Shown here: positions 26,907 to 37,437 of the stretch, piece by piece
Position numbering within the stretch: the stretch's first letter is position 1
Layout: every line of letters begins with the position of its first letter
Assembly: GCA_034521815.1 (NCBI GenBank)
Contig: JAXHLW010000013.1
Span: 1,344,001-1,408,000, forward strand
DNA length: 64,000 nucleotides
Direction: 5' to 3'
Source: Trueperaceae bacterium
GTDB lineage: Bacteria > Deinococcota > Deinococci > Deinococcales > Trueperaceae
The notes under the pieces: generated by a model
What the model was told of the DNA's origin: nothing
What the model saw: the letters and a program-made list of their open reading frames with translations, nothing else
The model's database searches: none
Translations under genes and position numbers: made by a program

Positions 26907-29246
26907 TCAGGTCTTGAGGTACGCCACCGTCACGCCGAAGCCGCCCTCGTACGGGACGGCGTCCTCGAACCGCTCGACGCGCTTCTCGTCCTTGAGGTAG
27001 CTCCGCACGGCGTCCCGCAGCGCGCCCGTGCCCTTGCCGTGGAGGATCCGGATCTTGCCGACCTTCATCGCCCCCGCTTCGAGCACGAAGTCGCGCACCT
27101 TCTCGAGCGCCTCCTCCGCCCGGTCGCCCCGGATGTTCAGCTCCTCGTCGAACCCGGCGCCGAAGGCGGTCGCCGGCGGGCCGCCAGCCGCCTTCTTCCG
27201 CTCGGGCGGAGCGACCGGCTCGATCTCGTCCACAGCGGCCTCGACGCGCAGCAGGCCCAGCTGCACCTGGACCGTGTCGCCACGCATCTCGACGATCGGC
27301 CCTTCGGCGTCGTAGGCGGGCACCCGCACCCGCGTGCCGGGCTGCAGCCGCGTGGACGACGAGGACGACGACGAGTCGGCGGCCTCCTGCGCGGCGGGCC
27401 GCGTCGGTCGCGCTCGCTTCTGCGCCTCCGCCCGGAGCCGCCGGATCTCGTCGAGCGCCTGCGAGCGCCCCCCGCCCTCCTCGCTCCGGGCGGCCTTCGT
27501 CAGCCGGGTGGCTCGCTGCAGCGTCTCTTGGAGCTTGGCGTCGGCGCGTGCGGCCGCGTCGGCCATCAGGTCGTCCTCGCGCTCGCGAAGCCGGTCCAGC
27601 TCGGACCGCAGAAGCTCGGCCTCGCCCCGGGCGGCCTCGCGCGCGTCCTCGGTCTCGGCGAGCCGCTGGGCCAGCTCCTCGCGCTGCCCCTCGAGCGTGG
27701 CCAGCAGCCGCTCCAGACGCTCGCCCTCGGGGCCCAGGATGCGCGACGCCCGCTCCAGCACGTCGCGCCCGATCCCCAGGCGCTCGGCGATCGACAGCGC
27801 GTAGCTGCGGCCCGGCTGGCCGACGACCATATCGAAGGTCGGCATCAGTCGCTCGACGTCGAACCGCATCGCGGCGTTGCGCACGCCCGCCGTATCCGAC
27901 GCGAACACCTTGAGCGGCGCGAGGTGCGTGGTCACGAGGCCCCGCGCGCCGGTCTCGAGCACCTGCTCGAGGATCGCTTGCGACAGCGCCGCGCCCTCGT
28001 CCGGGTCGGTCCCCGAGCCCAGCTCGTCGATCAGCACCAGCGTCGTCGGGTCCGCCTCGCTCACGATTCTCGCCAGGTTCGTCAGGTGCCCCGCGTAGGT
28101 CGAGAGCGACGCCTCGATCGACTGCTCGTCGCCGATGTCGGCCAGGATCGCGTCGAACCAGGGCAGCCGAGGCGGACGGGTCGGATCGCCGGCCGCCACC
28201 CCCAGACCGCTCTGCGCCATCGTCACCGCCAGGCCGAGGGTCTTGAGGAGCACCGTCTTGCCGCCGGCGTTGGGACCGGTGACGATCAGCAGCCTCCGCT
28301 CGGCGTCGAGCTCCACGTCGTTCGGGACGCAGCCGATGATCAGCGGGTGGCGGGCCCCGTGCAGCTCGACGCGACCGCCTTCGTCGCCAGGCTCGCAGCG
28401 GTGCAGCCCCCAGTCCTCGGCCAGCCGCGCCGAGGCGTTCGCGAGGTCCAGCTCCGCGACCCGCTCGAGCGTGGCGTCCACGTCGGGGTGGTCGGCGATC
28501 CGCCGACCCAGCTCCAGCAGGATGCGGCGCACCTCGTCGCGCTCCTCGAACTCGAGCAGGGCCAGCTCGTTGTTCATCGCCACCACCGACTGCGGCTCCA
28601 GGAACACGGTGCGTCCCGAGTCGCTGGCGTCGATCGCGATGCCGGGCACGCGCGACTGCGCCTCGGCACGGATCGGAATCACGTACCGGTCGCGGCGCAG
28701 CGTGACGATCGGGTCCTGGACCGCGTCGGCGTACTGTTCGAGCAGCTTGTGCATGCGGTCGCGGATCCGTCCGCGCAGCGGACGCAGCCGCCGCCGGATC
28801 TCGCGCAGCTTGGGCGTCGCGTCGTCGCGCACCTCGCCGTCGCCGTCCAGCCGCTCGCGCACCGTTCGCAGCCAGCCCTCGAAGCTGCCCATCGCGGCGG
28901 CCAGCTCGCCCAGGGCGGGACGCTCGCTCTCGGCCACCACCCGCCGCAGGCGCTCGGTGCCGTCCAGCGTGTACGCGACCGAGAGGAGCTCGCTCCCCTC
29001 GAGCATCCGGCCGTCCCGCGCCTGCGCCAGCAGCGGCCGCACGTCCTCGATCCCTCCCAGAGGAAGGTCGCCCGAGGCGAGGATCTCGTCCACCCGGTCC
29101 AGCCGCCGGCCCGCCTCGGCCCGGTCGGGCAGCGGGGCGAGCGCTTCGGCCCGCTCGACGCCCAGGCGCGTCGCGGCGCGCTCGGCCAGCGCAGACAGCA
29201 CGCGCGGGTAGGCAAGCTTGTCGAGGAGCGAGACGGTGACGTTCAC
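26907..29246 (-). CDS. mutS2: Endonuclease MutS2
   Basis: ARHPLI, TGPNAGGKTVLLKT, ADIGDEQSIEASLSTYAGHL, DELGSGTDPDEGAAL, coiled coil, KOW, Smr domain ILHGKGTGALR. Confidence 0.95.
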   Translation of the reverse strand: MNVTVSLLDKLAYPRVLSALAERAATRLGVERAEALAPLPDRAEAGRRLDRVDEILASGDLPLGGIEDVRPLLAQARDGRMLEGSELLSVAYTLDGTERLRRVVAESERPALGELAAAMGSFEGWLRTVRERLDGDGEVRDDATPKLREIRRRLRPLRGRIRDRMHKLLEQYADAVQDPIVTLRRDRYVIPIRAEAQSRVPGIAIDASDSGRTVFLEPQSVVAMNNELALLEFEERDEVRRILLELGRRIADHPDVDATLERVAELDLANASARLAEDWGLHRCEPGDEGGRVELHGARHPLIIGCVPNDVELDAERRLLIVTGPNAGGKTVLLKTLGLAVTMAQSGLGVAAGDPTRPPRLPWFDAILADIGDEQSIEASLSTYAGHLTNLARIVSEADPTTLVLIDELGSGTDPDEGAALSQAILEQVLETGARGLVTTHLAPLKVFASDTAGVRNAAMRFDVERLMPTFDMVVGQPGRSYALSIAERLGIGRDVLERASRILGPEGERLERLLATLEGQREELAQRLAETEDAREAARGEAELLRSELDRLREREDDLMADAAARADAKLQETLQRATRLTKAARSEEGGGRSQALDEIRRLRAEAQKRARPTRPAAQEAADSSSSSSSTRLQPGTRVRVPAYDAEGPIVEMRGDTVQVQLGLLRVEAAVDEIEPVAPPERKKAAGGPPATAFGAGFDEELNIRGDRAEEALEKVRDFVLEAGAMKVGKIRILHGKGTGALRDAVRSYLKDEKRVERFEDAVPYEGGFGVTVAYLKT

Positions 29247-29283
29247 GGCCGATCAGCATACCGCCGAGGCCTGCGCGGCGGCG

Positions 29284-31443
29284 TCAGCTCGCCTCGCGTT
29301 CCTCGGCCTGCTTGGCCTGGATCGCGGTGAGCGCGATCGTGTAGACGATGTCGTCGACCAGCGCGCCGCGCGACAGGTCGTTCACCGGGCGGCGCAGCCC
29401 CTGCAGCATCGGCCCGATCGAGACCACGTTCGCGCTCCGCTGGACCGCCTTGTAGGTCGTGTTGCCGGTGTTCAGATCCGGGAAGATCAGCACGGTGGCC
29501 CGGCCGGCGACCGGGCTGTCCGGCGCCTTCGTCTCCGCCACCGACGCCACCGACGCCGCGTCGTACTGGAGCGGACCGTCGATCAGGAACTCGGGACGCC
29601 GCTCCTTCGCGATGCGGGTGGCCTCGCGCACCTTCTCGACGTCGCTGCCCTCGCCCGAGGCGCCGGTCGAGTAGCTGATCATCGCCACCCGCGGCTCGAT
29701 CCCGAAGTACACCGCCGAGTCGGCGGACTGGATCGCGATGTCGGCCAGCTCCTCCGCGTTCGGATCCGGGTTGATGGCGCAGTCGCCGTAGACCAGCACC
29801 TGATCGGGCAGGCACATGAAGAACACCGAGCTGATCAGCTTGGCGTCGGGCGTGGTCTTGATCAGCTGCATCGCGGGCCGGACGGTGTTCGCCGTCGTGT
29901 GGACCGCGCCCGAGACCAGTCCGTCCACCTCGCCTCGCGCCAGCATCATCGTTCCGAGCACCACGGTGTCCTCGAGCTGCTGCCGCGCGACGGGATCGGT
30001 CATGCCCTTGTGCTTGCGCAGCTCGACCATCGGCGCCACGTAGCGCTCGCGGCGGTGCACGGTCGGGTTCAGGATCTCGAGCTCGGCGGGCAGCTCCAGC
30101 CCTTGCGACTCGGCGACCCGGTGCACTTCGTCCGGCTTGGCGATCAGGACGCAGCGCGCGATGCCGCGCTCGTGGCTTCGCACCGCCGCGCGGACGGTAC
30201 GCGGCTCGGCGCCTTCGGGCAACACGATGCGCTTGTCCGCCTGGCGCGCGCGGGTGACCAGCCGGTGCATGAACGCGGGAGGCGACAGCCGCGGCTCGCG
30301 ATCGGTGGCGCAGCGCGCGGCCAGCCACTCGACGTCCAGGTGCGTGGCGACCTCGTCCATCACCCGCTCGATGCGCTCCAAGTCGTCCGGCGGAACCTCG
30401 AGGTTGATGCCTGCGGCCTGCGCGGCGCTCACGTAGCTGTCGGTCCCGACCAGCAGCACCGGCAGACCGTCCGCCACCGCGCGCTCGCACAGCTTCATGA
30501 TCCGCTCGTCCGGCTCGATCCCGCCGGTCAGCACCAGGCCGGCCAAGGGAACGCCGTTCAGCGAGGCCATCGCGACCGCGAGGATCACGTCGTCCCGGTC
30601 GCCGGGCGTGATGATCAGCGCGCCGGGCCGCAGCCGGTGCGTCATGTTCGCCACCGTGCGGGCCACGACCGACACGTCGACGATTCGGCGCCGACGCAGC
30701 TCCCCTTCGTTCAGGACGCGAGCGTCCAGCTGTCGCGCGACGTCCAAGGTGCGGGGCGAGACGAGGCTCGGATCCCACGGGATGGCGCCGATGAGGCGGA
30801 AATCGTCGTCGAACACCTGCATGCGACGTCGCACGCCGTCCTGGTCCAGCACGTCCTCCGGCTCCGTGCGGGCCGTCCGAGCGGCCGCCGTCACCTCCTG
30901 CGAGGGCGCGTTCAGCTTGTTCACGATCGCGCCCAGCAGGCGGCTGTCGTCCACGCCTCCGAAGTGCTGCGCCATCATGTCGATCCGCTCAGACAGGCTC
31001 TCGGGCGTGCCCTTTCCGATCGCGCCGACCAGCATCACCTCCGCGTCGAACGCGGTGGCGATACGCTCGTTCAGCGTGTCCAGCTCCGAATGGTCGGCGG
31101 TCGCGATCAGCCCCTCGACGATCAGCACGTCCACCTCGACGTCCTCGAGCCGCTCCTGGGCGCGCCCGACGATCTCCTCGAGCAGCTGGCCCTCGCGACC
31201 CGACGCCAGCAGCTCCTCGGCGTACGGCCAGGAGAACGGCTCGATCGGATCGATGTCGCTGGTCTCGGCGACGAAGTGGGTGGACAGCTCGCGGCCGTCC
31301 TCGCGACCCGGCTGGCGGATCGGCTTGAAGAACGCGACGCGGAGTCCTTTCCGGTCCAACGCGCGCACGACGCCGAGGCTGACGGTCGTCAGCCCCGAGC
31401 CGGGACCGGTCGGGGCGATGAAGAAGACGTGGGTGCCGGACAT
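29284..31443 (-). CDS. pta: Phosphate acetyltransferase (long form with BioD-like and DRTGG domains)
   Basis: FIAPTGPGSGLTTVSLG, FFKPI, ITPGDRDDV, RIVLPEGAEPRT, GLVSGAVHTTANTVRPA, GDCAINPDP, FPDLNTGNTTYKAVQR, PVNDLSRG. ATG lies 6 nt after TACGCT. Confidence 0.95.
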   Translation of the reverse strand: MSGTHVFFIAPTGPGSGLTTVSLGVVRALDRKGLRVAFFKPIRQPGREDGRELSTHFVAETSDIDPIEPFSWPYAEELLASGREGQLLEEIVGRAQERLEDVEVDVLIVEGLIATADHSELDTLNERIATAFDAEVMLVGAIGKGTPESLSERIDMMAQHFGGVDDSRLLGAIVNKLNAPSQEVTAAARTARTEPEDVLDQDGVRRRMQVFDDDFRLIGAIPWDPSLVSPRTLDVARQLDARVLNEGELRRRRIVDVSVVARTVANMTHRLRPGALIITPGDRDDVILAVAMASLNGVPLAGLVLTGGIEPDERIMKLCERAVADGLPVLLVGTDSYVSAAQAAGINLEVPPDDLERIERVMDEVATHLDVEWLAARCATDREPRLSPPAFMHRLVTRARQADKRIVLPEGAEPRTVRAAVRSHERGIARCVLIAKPDEVHRVAESQGLELPAELEILNPTVHRRERYVAPMVELRKHKGMTDPVARQQLEDTVVLGTMMLARGEVDGLVSGAVHTTANTVRPAMQLIKTTPDAKLISSVFFMCLPDQVLVYGDCAINPDPNAEELADIAIQSADSAVYFGIEPRVAMISYSTGASGEGSDVEKVREATRIAKERRPEFLIDGPLQYDAASVASVAETKAPDSPVAGRATVLIFPDLNTGNTTYKAVQRSANVVSIGPMLQGLRRPVNDLSRGALVDDIVYTIALTAIQAKQAEEREAS

Positions 31444-31498
31444 GTCCAGAGCGTAGCGGATCGTGGGGCGGACCTTGGTCCCCCCGGATCGCCCCGTC

Positions 31499-31559
31499 GG
31501 CACATGGTGGCGGGCACATGGTGGCGGGCACATGGTGGCGGGCACATGGTGGCGGGCAC
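31499..31559. repeat. Perfect 14-bp tandem repeat GGCACATGGTGGCG x4 plus a partial copy (VNTR)
   Basis: Read directly; lies between the divergent pta and MFS genes. Confidence 0.9.
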
Positions 31560-31598
31560 GACCTGCGACCGGCACCGGCAGGCGTACGGTGCGGGCTC

Positions 31599-32828
31599 GT
31601 GAACGACTGGAAACGCATCCTGATCATCATGTTCGTCGCCCAGCTGCTGTCGGCGATCGGCTTCTCGATGATCTTTCCGTTCCTGCCCAACTACGTCGCG
31701 TCGCTGGGAAGCGCCTGGGGGCTCGACCTGGTGTTCCTTGCCGGCGCCGTGTTCAGCGCGCAGGCGCTCACGATGATGCTGGCCTCGCCGGTCTGGGGCG
31801 CCGTCGCGGACCGGGTCGGGCGGAAGCCGATGGTCCAGCGCGCGCTGTTCGGTGGCGCCGCCGTCGTGCTGGCGATGGCGTTCGCTCGCAGCGCGGAGGA
31901 GCTCGTCCTGCTGCGCGCCCTGCAGGGGGTGATGACCGGCATCGTCTCGGCAGGAAACGCGCTGGTGGCGTCCGTAGCGCCGCGCGAGCGATCGGGCTTC
32001 GCCCTGGGCGCGCTCCAGACCGCCATGACCAGCGGCGTGGCGCTGGGCCCGGTGCTGGGAGGCGTCCTGGCCGACTCGGTCGGCTACCGCGCGGCGTTCG
32101 TCATCACCGCCGGGCTCCTGACCGCGGGCGGGATCCTGGTGCAGTTCGGCGTCCGCGAGTCGTTCACGCCTCCAGCGAACGCGCGCAAGCTGTCCGGCAT
32201 GGCGCAGGACTGGCGTCACATCCTGCGTACCCCGGGCGTGGCCCGGACGTTCTGGGCCCGGTTCGCGGCCTGGCTGGGACGCGGCGTGCTGGTTCCGATC
32301 CTGCCGCTGTTCATTCCGATCCTGCTGGCCAGCGAAGCCCGCACCGCCACGTTCACCGGCCTCGTGATCGGGATCGCGGCCGCCACCAGCACCGTTTCCG
32401 CCATCGCCCTGGGGAACCTGGGCGACCGGATCGGCCACCGCACCGTTCTGATCGGCTCGGCCGCGGCCGCGGCCGCGTGCTACCTGCCGATGGCGTTCGT
32501 CGAGACCGGCGCGCAGCTTCTTCTGCTGAACGGTCTCGCCGGCATCGCCGTCGGCGGCTTGATGCCGTCGCTCTCTGCCCTTCTGAACGTGGCGACGGTC
32601 CAGACCGAGGTGGGCTCGGCGTTCGGGCTGGACAACGCGGTCGTGGCTGCGAGCCGCGCGGTCGCGCCGCTGGTCGGCGTGGGTCTGGCGACGCTGCTGG
32701 GCGGCGGCGAGCTGGGCTACCGCGCCGTGTTCGTCTCGGCCGCCGCGTTGTTCGTCGTCACCATCGCGATCGCCGCCGGACTGCGTCCGACCGCCAGGGC
32801 CACGACCCGCCTGGCGCACGGCGACTGA
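31599..32828 (+). CDS. MFS transporter (MdtG/DHA1-like)
   Basis: WKRILIIMFVAQLLSAIGFSMIFPFLP, motif A WGAVADRVGRKPM, LRALQG, LGPVLGGVLAD, GNLGDRIGHR. Confidence 0.9.
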   Translation: MNDWKRILIIMFVAQLLSAIGFSMIFPFLPNYVASLGSAWGLDLVFLAGAVFSAQALTMMLASPVWGAVADRVGRKPMVQRALFGGAAVVLAMAFARSAEELVLLRALQGVMTGIVSAGNALVASVAPRERSGFALGALQTAMTSGVALGPVLGGVLADSVGYRAAFVITAGLLTAGGILVQFGVRESFTPPANARKLSGMAQDWRHILRTPGVARTFWARFAAWLGRGVLVPILPLFIPILLASEARTATFTGLVIGIAAATSTVSAIALGNLGDRIGHRTVLIGSAAAAAACYLPMAFVETGAQLLLLNGLAGIAVGGLMPSLSALLNVATVQTEVGSAFGLDNAVVAASRAVAPLVGVGLATLLGGGELGYRAVFVSAAALFVVTIAIAAGLRPTARATTRLAHGD

Positions 32829-32873
32829 CGCCGGGCGACGCCGCCCACGGGCCGGGGTGCGATAGGCTCGTGG

Positions 32874-32956
32874 CACGTCGCCAGGGGTGCCCGCCACGTA
32901 CGGGCTGAGAACACACCCTCGAACCTGAACCCGCTCGTACGGGCGTAGGAAGCGTG
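32874..32956 (+). ncRNA. TPP riboswitch (THI element)
   Basis: AGGGGTGCCCG...CGGGCTGAGA-ACACACCC-TCGAACCTGA...GCGTAGGAAG closed by CACG/CGTG P1. A downstream CCTTCC...GGAAGG hairpin covers the RBS of the thiamine-binding protein gene. Confidence 0.92.
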
Positions 32957-32997
32957 ACCGACGAAAAGCCCCTTCCCTGGTGACGGAAGGGAACCCC

Positions 32998-34104
32998 ATG
33001 AGCCGAACCGTTCGACCATCATTCTCGTTCTTCTCCGGCCTGCGCGCCGCGAGACTCGTTCCGTGGGCGCTGGCGCTCCTGGCCACGCTCGCCACGGCGT
33101 CCGCTCAGAACGTCACGCTGTTGACGCACGACTCGTTCACCCTGCCCGAGGAGCTCGTCACGGCGTTCGAACGCGATCACGACCTCGAGCTCCGCGTCGT
33201 TTCCGGGGGCGACGCCGGCGAGGTCGTGAACCGCGCGCTGCTGACCGCGGGCCGCCCCGTCGCGGACGTGCTGTTCGGCATCGACGACGCGCTGATCGCT
33301 CGCGACGGCGCTCGCGAGCTGTTCGAGCCGTACCTCGCCGAGGGCGCGGACGCCGTGCCGGACGAGCTTCGCTTCGCGGACGAGCTGCTCACCCCCGTCA
33401 CCGTCGGCTACGTGGCGTTCAACTACGACGTCGCGGGCCTGGCCGAGCGTGGCCTTCCCGAGCCCACCGACCTGACCGACCTGACGGACCAGGCGTTCGC
33501 CGGCGCGACCGTGGTCGCCGACCCGGCGACCAGCAGCCCCGGTCTGGCGTTCCTGCTGGTCACCGTCGCCCGCTTCGGCGAGGGCGGACCGTACGACTGG
33601 CTGGACTACTGGGCGGATCTCCGCGACGCGGACCTGCGGGTGACCTCGGGCTGGTCGGACGCGTACTACACGGCGTTCAGCCGCTACGGCGGCGACCGGC
33701 CGATCGTGCTGTCGTACGCGACCAGCCCTGCGGCCGAGGTGATCTTCGCCGAAGAGGAGCTGGACGAGGCTCCGACGCGGAACCTGCTGTGCGAGGCGTG
33801 CACCTGGCGTCAGATCGAGGCGGCCGGCGTGCTCGCGGGTAGGCCCGATCCCGAGGCGGCAGGCGAGCTGGTGGACTTCCTGCTCTCGAGCGAGGTGCAG
33901 GCCGCCGTGCCCACCTCCATGTTCGTCTACCCTGCGCGCCAGGACGTGCCGCTTCCCGAGGCGTTCGAGCGCTTCGCTACCCGACCCACCGCGGCCCAGA
34001 CCGCGTCGCTGGACGCGGGGCGGATCGAGGCGGAGCAAGCCCGCTGGCTGCGGCAGTGGACGCAGGTCGTCCGTCAGGGACGGTCGCCGGACGACGTACG
34101 TTGA
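32998..34104 (+). CDS. thiB: Thiamine ABC transporter substrate-binding protein
   Basis: Signal peptide; VTLLTHDSF, GDAGEVVNRALL, DVLFGID, DPATSSPGLAFL, GWSDAYY, IVLSYATSPAAE, RQIEAAG; sits behind a TPP riboswitch. Confidence 0.92.
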   Translation: MSRTVRPSFSFFSGLRAARLVPWALALLATLATASAQNVTLLTHDSFTLPEELVTAFERDHDLELRVVSGGDAGEVVNRALLTAGRPVADVLFGIDDALIARDGARELFEPYLAEGADAVPDELRFADELLTPVTVGYVAFNYDVAGLAERGLPEPTDLTDLTDQAFAGATVVADPATSSPGLAFLLVTVARFGEGGPYDWLDYWADLRDADLRVTSGWSDAYYTAFSRYGGDRPIVLSYATSPAAEVIFAEEELDEAPTRNLLCEACTWRQIEAAGVLAGRPDPEAAGELVDFLLSSEVQAAVPTSMFVYPARQDVPLPEAFERFATRPTAAQTASLDAGRIEAEQARWLRQWTQVVRQGRSPDDVR

Positions 34105-34117
34105 CGAGGCGGTCGGC

Positions 34118-37100
34118 TCAATCGGCCGCCTCGCCCGTTTCGAGCAGGGAGGCGAACGCCGATCGCACCGCCTCCCGCGTGGCGTCCGGCGGAAGGTCGT
34201 AGAAGGCGGCCCAGGCGGCCGCTTTATCGCGCTCGTACGTCTCCGCGTCGTGCCCGGCGGCGAGCCAGGCCCGCCGCACCGCGTGACCGACGACGACGTC
34301 CATCACCAGCGATCCGTGCACGCGCAGGTCGGGCGCCGCGGCGAACAGGCGCGACAGCTCCAAGATCGCCTCGACGGTCACCTGGCGGTACTCGGGACTC
34401 GGGATCTTGTGCAGCATGTGCTCGACGCGCAACGCGAAGTTGAGCTCGCCCGCGGTGCTCTCGCCCGTGATCCGGCGGCTGTCCAACCGGTTCCGGCGCT
34501 CGAGCTTGTCGCCGATGACCAGGCCGTCGCAGCGGCGCAGCAGGTCCCACGCACGGCGCGCGAAACCGTCCGGGAGGCGCGCCAGCGCGCCCTCGCGCTG
34601 CCGCCAGCGCCACCATCCCGCCGCCGGCGTCGTACGCGGGCCGTCGTCCACGTCGTCGTCCACGCCGTCGTCCACGCCGTCGTCCACGCCGTCGCCCGGT
34701 CCCGTCCCCTCGGCGTCGGCGACGAGCGGCCGTCACGATCCCGTCCGTCACGATCCCGTCCGTCGCAATGCTGTCCGCGTCGTGCGGGCCGCGCGCCTCC
34801 AAACGCTCCTGCCGCTCCAGCAAGCGGTGGAGCCGCCGCTCGTCGCCGTGCAACACGCGCCGCAACCGCCGACGCACCTCGCTGGGCGGCAGCGACGCCA
34901 GCCGTTCGTAGCCCTCGTCCGGCGCGACGCCCTCCTCGTGCGCCAGCTCGGAGGCCAGCAGCAGCGTCAGGTGACCCAAGCGCAGCGTCCGGATCCCCTC
35001 GAACCGCTCGGGGTCCTCCCGCAGCAGGCCGGCCAGCGCAACGATCAGCTCCTGGGTCAGCACCCGGTCGCGCACGTCCTCGCGGCAGAAGCGCCGGATC
35101 AGGGCGAGAAGCTCGGCCTGGGGAAGCGGCCGGTCGACGGTGGCCTCGTCCGAGTACGCCTTGCCGACCAGCAGGCGCTTCTGGGCGGCCAGCAGGTCCG
35201 CCGCCGCGTCGGCCAGGGTCGGCTCGACCATCTCGAGCAGGGCCGCCCCCAGACGTACGACGCCCCATAGCCGCAGGTCGCCGGCCCGGTCGTACAGCTC
35301 GGCCAGCGACGCCGCGACCGTGACCGGACCGTCGTCGTCGCGCCATAGGACCGCGTCCGTTCCGAGGCGTCCGTTCAGCTCGGTGAGCAGCTCGGCCTGC
35401 TCGTACGCGTTCGTGGAGCTCCTCAGACGCACGGTCAGCTCGTCGGTGTCGGCGGTGAGCTCGATCGCGAGCTCCTCTTCGGGCGAGAGCGGCCAGTTCC
35501 GGCCCGTCCGCGTGAGAGGTGCGCGCCCGTGACGCTCGGCACCGGCGAAGGGGCGCTCGCCGGGACGCCAGTCGCCCAGGCGGTCGATCCGCTCCTCGTT
35601 CGCGGACAGCGCCAGACGCGACAGCGGCCCGAGCACGACCGGCACCCCGTCCACGTCGCCCGCCGCCGCTTCGCGTACGAAGCGGAGCAGCTCGGCCTCG
35701 CCGTGCTGCAGCAGGTCGCGCGGAACCCACAGCACCAGCGTGGGACGGCCGGGCAGCGTCCAGTGCCGCGACAGGTAGCGCAGCTCGGCACGGAGGCGCT
35801 GCAGCAGGTCGTCCGGATCGAGCGCCAGGTAGAACTCGGCGCGGTCCAGGAAGGCGGGGACGACGGCCAGTCGCGCTCCGTTCAGGCGGTACAGCCGGGC
35901 GCTGGCCAGGCTCCCGAGCCGGGTGCGTGGCCGGCCGGTCAGCCCCAGCCGGTCGTGCCGTCCGACCCGCTCGTACGCCGACGCCACGTCGGCGGCGCGG
36001 ACCAGCCGGGCGTCGCCCAGAGCGTCCATCCGCTCGGCGGGCACGCCCAGCTCGTGCAGCTGCGCCCGCACCTCCTCGTCCTCGGCCACGACGACGACCT
36101 GCACGCTGGCGCCGCCGGGCGCGCGGCGTCGGTGGCGCCCCAGCGGGTCGAGCTCGTCCGTCCGCACGGCGCCGGAGATCAGCAGCTCCAGCAGCGTGCG
36201 CAGGCTCTCGGCCCACACCAGGGGAACGTTCTCGCCGGGGACGCGCACCGCGCTTCCCGGCGAGGCGCGCTCGGTCTCCACGTCCTCCGGCGTCACGCGG
36301 TACAGCTCGGGAAGGACCGCGTCGCCGTCCAGGACGACCGCCGCGCGCGTCAGCCTGTCGCGGTAGGCGCGTGCGGCGTCCCAGTCGCCGCGGAACGCGG
36401 CGCCCAGACCCGCGAAGGCGTGGAACAGCGGCCACTCGGACTCGATCCCCTCGAAGCGTGCCAGCTCCTCGGGCTCGTAGTGCAAGCGCCCCTCCTCCTC
36501 GAGCGCGGTCTGGTGGCCGTCCCGGAGGAAGCGCTTCATGCCGTAGCGACCGTCCAGGACGCGAACGATGGTCTCCCGGGTCCGCTGGGCGAGGTCCGGG
36601 TCGTCCACCGCGAAGGCGGGCCACCCCACCGCGCCCAGCAGCGCGGCGTCCGTCTCCTTCGAGGCGGACTCGCGCGGGAGGAGCGCCGCCAAGGTGACGC
36701 GGGCGCGTGCGACGTCGTCGGGAAGAACGTGGATCACCGACGCCTGCGATCCTTCTGCGCCGAACAGGTCCAGGCCGTCCAGCGCCTCGAGCGCGGCCTT
36801 GCACGCCGCCACCGAGCTGGCGTTGATCTCGGGTCGACCGTGGTTCGTCTTGTCGCCGCGCTCCCAGATGCCGTAGTCGGGCGTGCGGTGGGCCCGCGCG
36901 ACGTACCAGACGAGGTTCTGCACGAACGCCACCTCGTCCAGCGTGGCGACGACCGGCAGCCCCCCGGCGGTGAGCTGCGCCAGGCTGAGCAGGAACAGCC
37001 CCGTCGCGTCCAGCTGCAGGTGGCCCCAGGCGTCGTCGCCGACGACCGGCGCACCGGTCGCCGTGTCGATCTTGGCGTGAAGGGCGTCCAACGGGTCTCG

Positions 37101-37427
37101 GCTGTGCTTGAAGCGCTCGACCCGGTCGGCCTGCGCCATCATCGACCGCAGCAGGCCGCGCATGAGCGCCACCGTGCGCTGCTCGAGCTCGCGCACGCGG
37201 CCGCCCTCGAGCCCCGCCGAGCGGGCTGCGCGCGCCGCGCCCCACACCGCCAGGATCGAGTACACCCCGTCACGCACCCAGGCGTGGGTGTAGTCGCCGT
37301 GACGCGTCACCGCGGTCGACGCCGGCAACAGGCCGCTGACCGGATGTTGGCGGGCGGTGATGGTTCGCTCGACCCGAGCGAGCACGTCCAGAAGCGAAGC
37401 GCCTTCGGGACGCGACCGGTCGTTCAT
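34118..37427 (-). CDS. GH15-like protein of the phosphorylase b kinase regulatory subunit (alpha/beta) family, frameshifted (+1) near 34730
   Basis: QHPVSGLLPASTA, AWVRDGVYSILAVW, LMRGLL, WGHLQLDATGLFLL, PDYGIWERGDKTN, LLPRESASKETDAALL, GRYGMKRFLRDGHQT, IESEWPLF. The family C-terminus (WRQREGALARLP, GELNFALRVEHMLHKIPSPEYRQVTVE) is in ORF 34118..34687. Confidence 0.85.
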
Positions 37428-37437
37428 GGCGCGCACG

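Noticed and set aside
26857-29259. Long N-terminal extensions of the HAD ORF (and similarly of the acuA, ABC ATPase, MalG-like, GH63 and YbjQ ORFs)
   Set aside because: The extensions overlap upstream genes in another frame and lack protein-like composition. Internal starts are supported by -10 boxes or stop/start overlaps.
31499-31559. Possible CRISPR array
   Set aside because: 14-bp units are directly adjacent with no spacers, and there are no cas genes. It is a simple VNTR. The same applies to the repeats at 4977-5044 and 24684-24717.
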